Below, piece after piece: positions 25,760-37,810 of a stretch of 64,000 nt of DNA (position 1 is the stretch's first letter; each line of letters starts with the position of its first letter). The notes under the pieces were generated by a model that was not told the origin of the DNA, made no database searches, and worked only from the letters and a program-made list of their open reading frames with translations. A program made the translations under genes and the position numbers. Origin of the DNA: Perkinsus chesapeaki ATCC PRA-425 (lineage: Eukaryota > Protista > Perkinsozoa); contig JAAPAO010000081.1 in assembly GCA_013115145.1 (NCBI GenBank), positions 24,182-88,181 on the forward strand, read 5' to 3'.

Positions 25760-26686
25760 TTAAGCCTCGAACATAAAGAGCGCGGGCTTGTTGGTGAGCT
25801 TCATGTACACAGCAGAGTAGGCCGCGAACCTGTCCTCCTGGTGGGCATCAGTCTGCTCAAGGATACTGAAAAAGAAACACATTACAAACGACAAACCACA
25901 AGGGCCGTAAAGGGTGACGCGACGAGCATGATGCTGATTATTACACTTTGAGGGTCTTGCGGCCATCAGTCGAGACGTGGGTCCTCTTGCCGACGATCTC
26001 GGCGGGTCCAACGATGTCATCAAGCATGGCCTCGTGGACGGAAGTGAGGGTGCGGGTGCGCGGGCGGACCTTGAGGCCGCGGCGACGGAAGTCCTTGTCG
26101 AGGATGGTTCTCTGGGCAACGAAGATAACCTGCTGCTTGGGGAACTTCTTCTCGAGCTCGTGGATCAAACGACCCTGAACCTTCTGGACGGACTTCCACA
26201 CCTGAAATAAACAAGCATGTTGAATGCTTCGCCCGATGAACAATCGCCAAATCTGCTGGAAAATAAACGGCCCGAAATCCCATACTACCCTAGCGGGGAA
26301 GAAGACAACGACGGCCTTCCTGTCGGCCTTGATCTCAACCTCCTTGGCGGAAGCGAAGACAATGCCCCTAACAATGAACGAAAATAACACATCACGATAA
26401 AGCACGGCTTGAGCCGACGAGTAGACCACATAGCTATGAAAAAGACGAGGTTAATGACAATCATAGTGATACTATCATCAGTACTGATCATAGCTAACAC
26501 CAACAGGTGATGAAACGACACAATATAGAAGCCACAAGCTGTCCTTGATTCCGATTATTACTTAAGGAGGACCTTCATCTCGATGTTGCTGGCCTCAATC
26601 TCAGTGAGAGCCCTGGCGACATTCTGCTCCAACTCAGTGATGGCACGGCCGGGGGCCTTTACAATCTTTTCAGTAACCGCAGACAT
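25760..26686 (-). CDS. RPS7: 40S ribosomal protein S7 (eS7); exons 26686-26562, 26367-26289, 26201-25945, 25865-25760
   Basis: RLIHELEKKFPKQQVIFVAQRTILDKDFRRRGLKVRPRTRTLTSVHEAMLDDIVGPAEIVGKR is typical eS7. The GT-AG introns keep the reading frame. Confidence 0.97.
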
Positions 26687-26842
26687 GCGACGTGACGGAT
26701 CTCAGTAGCAATCCTGCCGAGGCATACAGATGGTCAGCTCTGGCGCAACCGGACCGGCTATCGATCACGTGATCGATTTCGAAATCGGTGCCAGCCGAGC
26801 ACTCCGGAACTCAGACTCGTCCATTTCGCTGTTGACTGAAAC
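26687..26842. promoter_or_regulatory. Bidirectional promoter region between RPS7 and RPL5
   Basis: 156-bp gap between divergent ATGs. Contains the perfect palindromes ATCGATCACGTGATCGAT (26760-26777) and CGATTTCGAAATCG (26774-26787). Confidence 0.6.
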
Positions 26843-28099
26843 ATGGTAATACAATGGGTTTAACAGGAATGGCTGTCTTTAGTCCCTCCTCGTGCACTTC
26901 AGCTAGCCCGACACTCATCGCCTCTGGGACATAGCAATCTCGTTGTGAAATTATTCGCAGTTTTGTCATCGTGGTTTCGCAGGGTCTTTCCGGGCATCTA
27001 TCGTAACGTCAGGAATATTAGATGTATGAGGCTTTTACTTGTCAAGTCGCATTTGGTTGGCTCTCCTTGGTCTCGCATTGTCTCTCACAGCGTTCTGAAA
27101 TGTCCGTTGTTGTTGTTATTGAAGCTAACTCTGCTGTGTGCTGTTCTGTTGTCTCAGGCTTTTGTCAAGGTCTATAAGAATAAGGCATACCATAAGCGTT
27201 ATCAAACCAAGTATCGCCGAAGACGTGAGGGCAAGACTGATTACTTCCAGCGTCGCCGCATGGTGAAGCAGGACAAGAACAAGTACAACACCCCCAAGTA
27301 CCGTCTTGTTGTCCGTATCTCCAACACCAAGGTCATCTGCCAAGTCATCTACGCCACCATCACTGGTGATCGCGTTCTTGCTGCCGCTGAGTCCACTGAG
27401 CTCAAGCGTTATGGCATCCCCGTTGGTCTTAAGAACTACGCCGCCGCCTACGCCACTGGTCTCCTTGTTGCCCGTCGTACTCTCAAGAAGCTCGGCCTCG
27501 ACTCCACCTTCGAGGGCAAGCAGGAGGTTGACGGTGAGGAGTACTACGTCGCTGATGAGGAGTACGAGGGAGAGAAGAGACCCTTCAAGTGCGTCCTCGA
27601 TGTTGGTCTTGTCCGTACTACCGTCGGTGCCCGTGTCTTCGGTGCCATGAAGGGTGCCGCTGATGGTGGACTCGATATCCCCCATAACCCCAAGCGTTTC
27701 CCTGGCTACGAGGCTCCCGAGGATGGAAAGGGAGAGGGCGAGTACGACGCTGAGGTTCACCGTGACCGTATCTTCGGTAACCATATCTCCGAGTACATGA
27801 AGCAGATGCAGGAGGATGAGCCCGAGGAGTACGAGAAGCACTTCGCTACCTACATCAAGGCCGGTTTGGACGCTGATAGTTTGGAGGATGCCTACACTAA
27901 GTGCCACGCCGCCATCCGCGCCAACCCCGACCCTGCACCCAAGAAGGAGGCTCACCCTGGTGTCGTCCGCAAGGGCAACACTATCGTGGTCCCCAGTGGC
28001 AAGAACTACACTCGCTCCAAGAAGCTCAACCTCAAGCAGAGGAAGCAGCGCGTCTACGAGAAGATCCGCGTTGCTCGCACTCGCGCCATGGAAGAGTAA
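26843..28099 (+). CDS. RPL5: 60S ribosomal protein L5 (uL18); exon 1 is the ATG alone (26843-26845), exon 2 is 27158-28099
   Basis: AFVKVYKNKAYHKRYQTKYRRRREGKTDY, KNKYNTPKYRLVVRISN, GLKNYAAAY, GGLDIPH..KRFPG are unmistakable eukaryotic L5. Confidence 0.97.
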
Positions 28100-28526
28100 A
28101 TCTAGACCTGCGGTGGCTGTGCTGGAATGTAATCAGTCAAACCCTCACCCCCTTGACGAAAGGAGACGACAGGCACCGAGTCTACTTCGTGCAGATTCAT
28201 ATTGCCAGTCGTACTCGATCCCGTTTTCCAGCGAGCGTTCTATTTTGTTGTGTTTGCCAAGTCTTGTTATGCGCTACATGGTCGAAAAGGGACGATCGAA
28301 AGAGTGGGGTGGCTAGTAGGTAGCTTTCAAGCCTGTATAGTTAAGGGATTAGCAACTGATCGGGTTGTATGAAGCAGTGTCGAGGTATTGTATCTCGATA
28401 ACAGGATCGAATGGTTTGTTGTCGACCTTTTTGTACTAAATTGGCACGAAGTGTTTGGAGGTACAGTTCAAGCCCGAGTCGGCTCCTCACTTTTATATTT
28501 TCGTGGCAACACAATCCTGTGCAAGC

Positions 28527-29965
28527 TAGATTGTGCATTTATATTTGAAACGGCAAGATGATTGTTGTCCTAAGACCTGATATGTTCACTTGGCGAGCAA
28601 CAACTAGCTGCAAAAAATAGACGCAGACATGAACAAAATAAATGGTGTAAGAAAGATAAAAAACGTGTGTTTTCACCACAAACTTGAGCCAGGCTGGCGA
28701 CAATACATGCTCCTACAAAGACTAAGGTGAGGGAGGTGTTGGGGGTCTCCCAGGAGCTGTGCTGTGTCGAGAATGGTTGATGCTACGGTGTTTGATATTT
28801 GTTTCATTCATGTTGAGGGCGTTTGGAACATACTGTGGTCTCTCGACTCTTCTACTGACCGTAATGGGGCTGCTCTTTTGTACAAGTTATGCCGGTCTGC
28901 ATGTATTCCTTCTAGGGTTTCGGTGATCACTATGTGATAGTATTCATGGCTCGGCTGGTTAAACCAGCCTGGTTTACCCCACGAGACGCTATTGAATGCC
29001 GGTATTCTTGTCGCTGATCTGGAACTCGGCGTTTGTTGTTGCCTTGCTCGGGATTGTTTCCGACCTGTGTTTGGTTGATAGTTCCAAACACCTCTCTTCA
29101 ACGTCGGTTCGTGTATCTTGTAGGGCTCAACATTCCTTCGGTGCTTTCGGCGAATGGCATGCGAGTCACATTGGTTTCGGGTGTCTGAGACGTGATGTTT
29201 GGGTCTCATGATGTGACCGGCTACGGAGCTAACTACTTTGTACCTATGCGCTTTTGGCCAGGCTTTTCTGTTGAGATTTCTTGCTCGGCACTGGCTACCG
29301 GTCTTCCGTCACTATACTCGGCTGCGCCATTACGAATACTCGAGGCGGAGGCGCTGATATAGCCGGTGAAGCCAGGATTGAGCGCTTGCATGATGTGTTG
29401 AGGAAGTCGAACCTTCCGAGCGCTACACCTAAAGGAGAGATTTCACTCCTCAGCAGTTGCTCATTCCATGGCCTATGCCGAGTGAGTTCTATCTGAAGCA
29501 TTCTATAGGCAGTTATTCACTGGTGGTCATATGTAGGCTGCAAGCCCCTTGCAGCAAGAGCTGTCGAGGCTGATCTGGTCGGTATGTTAATAACATAACG
29601 ATAACTTAATGTCATCGTTAGGCATAGCGTAGTCGTAACAGAACGTTGATAGATTGGGCTCATAGTTAAAGAGATAGGGCATTAAAGAGAGTGAGTAATG
29701 AGTAGAATATCACGAGTAAAGAAAGCTAGTAATACGATGGTACGATGATTCTGCGATAGACACTGTCTACCGCATAATAGACCTGTCTATTAGACAGGAA
29801 TTGTGAGAGTTATATAGTGCAGATGTCCATCTTGTGCCGTTGATATATTGATATGTTCAGCGGTGTCTGTCTGTCACGACTCGATCCGCTGGAACCAGAT
29901 GATTTACCATGCGCTCATCTTGCTGTTTCGTTCATTGAGGATCGGCTCGCGAAGGCAAAGACACT
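28527..29965. repeat. Interrupted older copy of the 31988-32350 segment
   Basis: 28527-28570 matches 31988-32030 (direct), ~28650-28715 matches ~32040-32095 (inverted), and ~29840-29965 matches ~32210-32350 (direct). Confidence 0.75.
28808..29500 (-). mobile_element. Possible decayed LTR-retrotransposon integrase C-terminal relic
   Basis: Broken frames FDFLNTSCKRSILASPA and KHRRNVEPYKI..VWNYQPNTGRK..YHIV..EGIHADRHNL loosely resemble post-core integrase/SH3 regions. No catalytic DDE is visible. Confidence 0.3.
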
Positions 29966-30102
29966 GCACTGAAGGCTCCAAAAGTGGTCAACCGTGACAG
30001 TGTCACGAAGGATCTGTGACACCTTGTATTCGGTCACTATCGCAGCTAGTTAGAGACTCTGAAATTCAAAGTCTGAGTCCCATTCCGTTATAGGCCGATA
30101 AC

Positions 30103-31199
30103 ATGAACCTTCTTCTACTATGGTTCTGTTGCGTATTGATGATCACCCCAATAGAAGGCGGGGGCGTTAATCTCGGTCTCACCTTCAACGAGGCTAACCT
30201 CGATTCGTACAACACCTATGTTCTGTATACCGGGTTTGCTACCAGCGGCCATGACATAACATATATTGTTCGCACAGAGCAAAAGTCTACCCTGCTAGTC
30301 TGGAAGGAGTGGTATGAAAGCGAGACCTACGAGGGTGCATGCAATACATTCAAGTTCTCTTGCTTTTCCTGTCCCGAGCCTTGCATGCATGAGAAGTGAT
30401 TATCTCCGGTGATGGAGTAGTAATGGAGGTCTATGGACATTATGTTGGCGTCTTTGGTGTTGACGATTTGTCTTTCGGGCTTATTGGTGGACAAGCGCCG
30501 CCTCCAGGCGAATCCCCCCCGGCCAACTGTCTCGGCCTCGAGCCCGATAGGGAGAATCAATACTTGTCAATTATCAACCAGCTAAGATTGAGGAGGAAAC
30601 TCAGTTCGGCCTCTTTTACGCTTTACTTGAGGGCAACAGCTGGAACCGACGAGTTCAAGGGCACGCTAATCCTTGGTGGTATGGACCCGACACAGTATAC
30701 GATTCCGCTTCGATATGTCCCTCTCCTCCGTTTGAGTGACTATGCCGTAACATTGAGGAATATTCATATTCAAGAAGGAGCAACGGTTCCCGCGATTGAT
30801 CAAGCAGCTGTCATTCGTACTGGCAGGCACTTTATCGGCATCCCACAAGTCTATTTCTCTGACCTGGCGAAGCACTTTGCAGCTGCCGCCGCCAAAATCG
30901 CTGGAAGGCCTGTGGATGTCACGTGGAATGACGAGGAGGAAAGCTATATGGTGGACTGTGATTTGAGAATATATTTGCCAACTTTGACACTCTACCTCGG
31001 ATCAGACGGGGAGCCCACCCCTTTGTTGCTGACGCACCAGAATTACGTAAGGAAATTCACAAGGTATACAGATTGCACCGTTATGATTACAATGGTCAAT
31101 GGGAGTGAGTGGGAGCTACCAGACAGCATACTTATCGGGAACTATATAGAGTTCCAGCCTAATGAGATGAGGCTGGGTATTGCCCGGTTGAAGGCCTAG
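30103..31199 (+). pseudogene. Secreted pepsin-fold (A1) aspartic protease homologue, non-catalytic, with a 1-bp frameshift at ~30396
   Basis: Signal peptide; VWKEWYE..GAC..CFSCPEPC; SFTLYL, GTLILGG.DPTQY, C-terminal YIEFQ..RLGIA are pepsin-fold hallmarks. The DTG motifs read RTE and RTG. The two ORFs overlap at GTGA. Confidence 0.75.
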
Positions 31200-32555
31200 A
31201 CTTGGAGAAAATGTGTCATGGTTATGGTTTATAGAGACGATTATTTATAACCATCCTTCAAAGATGATAAGCGCTTTGAGGAAGTCCCTATCCTTAGGAT
31301 AGGGATAGTTTAGGATAGTATCCTAAACCTTCTTTAAGATATAGGTCCGTATTTTGTGCGCTCGGCGATATCTTACTGGAGAGAGGCTCTCTCTGAGAGA
31401 ACGGCATTTCCGTGGCCTTATTATTCTCTCGCCTACATCCGATAAAATGCTTGCGTTGATAGTGAAGTCGAAGTAGGGCTGTTGACAAGTCTGCCTCTCG
31501 GCAACCCTCGCGTTCCTGGAGACATGCATCGTGGACCGAGTGGACTTGGCAATGACGGCGAGTATTACAGCTTTATACTTTGACCGCCTCACTGGTAAAC
31601 AAACTAGCACGGTGAATAAAGAAAAGGTCTATCGTTAATAATGTAAGGTTAACATCACTTTGAATCACGTTATCAAGTCTTGTACTCGCGAACGCAAGCC
31701 GTATGTTGTTGAATGATGATGTGGAAGAAACATATCATAAGCGCATATTCTCCTGCATGCTGGAAAGTGTCTGTTCATATCGGATGCCAAATTTAACAAA
31801 CTCCTCCAATTTGATTCGCATCATGCGCTAGATAGCAACCGCCGTGTTTGATATTCTGGACAGCAGACGTGATGGCTTTCTCTCGATCATGGCGCCGCAG
31901 TGCACTCAGCGGCTTGAATCTGATTGGAGCGATTGGCCGACCTCATCAAGAAGCATGTGCACTCGAAGATTTGTGCGCTACCAATGGCTAGATTGTGCAT
32001 TTGTATTCGAAACGGCAAGATGATTGTTGTCGGAGTATATATTGTTGCCATCCCGGCTCAAGTTTGTGGTGAAATCACACGATTTTTTTCTTTCTATCTG
32101 GCATATTGTCAGCGGTCGATGGCCGACTGGCTATGTGTACGGTATTTGCTGGTCTATGTCATCTCGCACGTGTGGTATGTCTATGTATATCGATGTCTAT
32201 CTCATGCCGCTGATACATTGACATGTTTAGCGGTGTCTGTCTGTAACGACTCGATCCGATGAACCAGTCTTGCTCGGAACCAGATGATTTACCATGCACT
32301 CGTCTTGCTGTTGTGTTTATTGAGGATCGGCTGGCGAAGGCAAAGACACTGTATGCCACGTCACTTGCTGAGAGATTGCAAGAGTAGACGAGGGGGTTAC
32401 CGACCCAAAAGCCCGTCAGGGTGTTCATGATAGAAATAGTTACTATAGGGTTATTACTTGGGGGGTGAAAGGATTTCACCTTTGTTTCGGGTCAGAGCTC
32501 CCGTCTCGGGGGACAAAGCATCGTTGTTCCACGATTACTTTCTGTTGTTAATAAA

Positions 32556-32628
32556 TAGCAGCTCCTTGTTTCGATCAAGGGACCTTTGGGTTATGAGCCC
32601 AACACGCTATCCACTGCGCCAAGCTGCT
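32556..32628 (-). tRNA. tRNA-iMet (CAT)
   Basis: Minus strand AGCAGCTTGGCGCAGTGGATAGCGTGTTGGGCTCATAACCCAAAGGTCCCTTGATCGAAACAAGGAGCTGCTA: A1-U72 pair, GGG/CCC anticodon stem, CAT anticodon, initiator-type GATCGAAAC T-loop. Confidence 0.97.
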
Positions 32629-33154
32629 GATAGTAAATAGGAATGTATTCTTTACTTGTCCTTTCTTAAACATCTCTGCGCTACTAACAAGCCACGAGAT
32701 TTAGCTGGTAAGCTATAGGAAGCGTGCGCTGAAGCGTACATCGTAGCAGGAAGCAGATGAATACGATGAACCTTGCCTTTCTATGAGACTCTCTTGTGCA
32801 AAAGCCTTGAAGGTGGTCCGACCACCTTCAAGGCTTTTCCGACCACCGTGGTCGAAAGTATTCCGTGTTTGTCTGATGAACTCACGTGCATAGGCAAGTG
32901 CATCGTGCTTTCAATGTGCCCTATTCGTATGGATATGACGAAGACGATTCCCAGAGCGTGTATGTGTAGCTGCCCGTCGGGTGTCAGCAATACTAGATTA
33001 ACACAAGCAAGCCCACTTTCATTCGTACCGCGGTGTTCTTGAATTGAGCAGTAGCGCCACCCTGGAGATGTATTATCAACATGGAAACGTTAACATAACT
33101 CGCGGAGAAGCTCCGACGTAGAAACCCGGGGGTTTTGGTAGAATAAATACGTAC

Positions 33155-35611
<2,457 letters not shown>

Positions 35612-36031
35612 TGAACCAGATAAATGCCAAGAATAATGTTTGAAATACCCATCCTAAGGATCGAACCCGGGTGCCCTGCCTCTGCCTGCCTACCTGGTAT
35701 CGACGCTATCCTCATTGACGAATAAGCTAGTCCTTCTGAAGACAGGAGTAGTCGTGTAGTCGGAGGCGGTACGAACAGGCGTATGAGGAGCCATGGACGG
35801 AGCGACAAGGTGACTGAGTAAGCCGCTATCCTTAATTCCGAATCCTCTTACTGCCACGCTAAGCCTTCTCGGGACCATGACACAACATTTCCGTACGCAC
35901 GCGCAAGTGGCGTTCGTTCGAGACAGACGCGCATATTCTGGGACGTGGAACTCCATACCGCGTATTCTCTAGAAACTCTTCTATTAAAGCCAATTATAAC
36001 ACTATCAGACTACAGGGAATCAAACAGTTAC

Positions 36032-36337
36032 TCATTGGTCGCTTGTTGTAACCGTGGTCGTGGTGGAAATCACTTGACCGTCTCGAGTCTCGGTTGTGGT
36101 TGTAGTTATCGAGGATCGGCATATTGTCGTCGTTGTTGACCGAGCCTACATACACATAATAATTTTTCACATATACGATCAACCGGAGCTCACCGGTGTC
36201 GTCGTAATCGACGTAGTGGTGTTTTGTGGCAGCGGTTGGCCATTCCTGCGGTCATGAGGGTTCCTATCGCGAGCCTTATCCCCATCGAACGTGGTCGACT
36301 TGTGAGTGATCGCTCGAGCATTACGAGTCTTAGTCAT
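36032..36337 (-). CDS. Possible small Thr-rich protein (2 exons)
   Basis: MTKTRNAR..QNTTTSITTTP spliced across gtgag..gtag to ARSTTTT..ISTTTTVTTSDQ-stop. No homology recognised. Confidence 0.3.
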
Positions 36338-36641
36338 TGAAAAAAGCTTATCAAAACAACTGTCTGCTCGAGACGAAGAGTAAGCCCAGAGCAATCATAA
36401 CTAAACGCCAACTGGAACTGGTTGGAAATCTTCCATAATGCACAAAAAGACGACGCAACAGAATAGCCAAGCCTACCAAACTCCCAGCAGTGGGCCGCGG
36501 ATTTGCATCTCTCCACCAATAGGCTGATGAGACGTATCACGCTAGCTCACACGGGGACGGCGGGGATGGCCTTCTTTGGGAATCGCAAAAACCAAAATGC
36601 AAAAAAACAGAGTACAGACTGTATAATATGAACCAAAGCAG

Positions 36642-37502
36642 TTAGGCGTATTCTACACCAATTTCAAGGGTTCTCTGTCGAGTCCTTACTTGGAGGACGT
36701 GCCCACAGGGGCTCACCTCCATGCCCTTGAGATACATACCGGGAACGCCCAGATCGAAATCGTCCAGGTACTTCGGGGCGTTTTCGTCGGAGATGTCAAT
36801 AAGCGCTAGTCTGAGCTCGTAGTGACGAGAGACACCTGCGCAAATGACGTCTGGAGTAACGAAACGCACGGAGCCGCAGGCACAAGGCAGGCTTATACGC
36901 CTCTCCTTGCAACCTTCATCGGCCACGAACACGCAATTGCGTTGAGAAGGGTCAAGGTAGCTAAACCGCAGGCCCTTGTCAGAACGCTCGGTAACGTCAA
37001 AAACTGTTGGAGTGAACTCCGGCTTCAGAGTGGAACGACTTTTGCCGCTCTTGAGGTCGACCTCTTTGACGGATCTGTCGGCGGCATCGTAGTCGATACC
37101 AAGATAGAGCCTGTCCTTGTGGCAGGCAAGAATGCCCCAACGGATCTTTGAATCCGCGATCTTAACAGTATGACAGCTTGATGCTTGCTCGCTAACAACA
37201 TAGTCATCGTCGATCTTATAATGGCGCTGGCGAACCGAATCGAACGCGTGGCCTTTGTCGGCCTCGACCTTACGGTGCCACCAGCTTCCTTCACAACACT
37301 GCCGACATCTATGCGCCGTGTCGAAGCTCAATTTTTGCGGCTTGCGAGGCCCAATGTAGCCCAACGCCAAATGGAGCATTTCTAGGGGCATTTGATCCCC
37401 TAGTTTCTGCTGCACTGCGAGGAGGTCGACGACCAGCTGTTCAGCTCCCAGAACCATGACAAGCAAAAAACTGGAAGGATAATCATTTGATGGCATTTTC
37501 AT
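36642..37502 (-). CDS. Hypothetical intronless protein, possible F-box-like N-terminus with beta-rich C-terminus
   Basis: 286-aa ORF; the MPLEMLHLALGYI segment is F-box-like. No firm family call. Confidence 0.5.
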   Translation of the reverse strand: MKMPSNDYPSSFLLVMVLGAEQLVVDLLAVQQKLGDQMPLEMLHLALGYIGPRKPQKLSFDTAHRCRQCCEGSWWHRKVEADKGHAFDSVRQRHYKIDDDYVVSEQASSCHTVKIADSKIRWGILACHKDRLYLGIDYDAADRSVKEVDLKSGKSRSTLKPEFTPTVFDVTERSDKGLRFSYLDPSQRNCVFVADEGCKERRISLPCACGSVRFVTPDVICAGVSRHYELRLALIDISDENAPKYLDDFDLGVPGMYLKGMEVSPCGHVLQVRTRQRTLEIGVEYA

Positions 37503-37810
37503 TTGCTAGAGGAACTCTATGTTGCGGTCGCGACGCTAGTAAAAGCTCTATTGTGTCGATGGTGCTCGGAGGCCGATTGCGAGATCGGAGAGTAAATTAC
37601 TTGCGATTCAAAGCCTTGCTGCGAATTTAGTACCAAAGTGAGAATGAAGAGATGGATGCCGTGGGGCAGAACGCATCTCGTCGTTTATTCATCGAAATAA
37701 AAATATCGAGTGCCGGGATCGAACCTATGCCTCGGACTTGTACGCAATTCTTCGTCAATCCGGCCCGTATTGATAAGTGTTTGTAATTATAATACAGCAC
37801 CGTTATATAA

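Noticed and set aside
27125-27955. 276-aa antisense ORF over RPL5
   Set aside because: A shadow ORF caused by strong codon bias of a highly expressed gene; no independent features.
30396-30399. Programmed frameshift or bacterial-style coupled ORFs at GTGA
   Set aside because: There is no slippery site or stimulatory structure; a 1-bp deletion is simpler.
35655-35675. B-box-like CCCGGGTTCGATCC upstream of CTP synthase (minus strand)
   Set aside because: No cloverleaf or A-box can be built around it.
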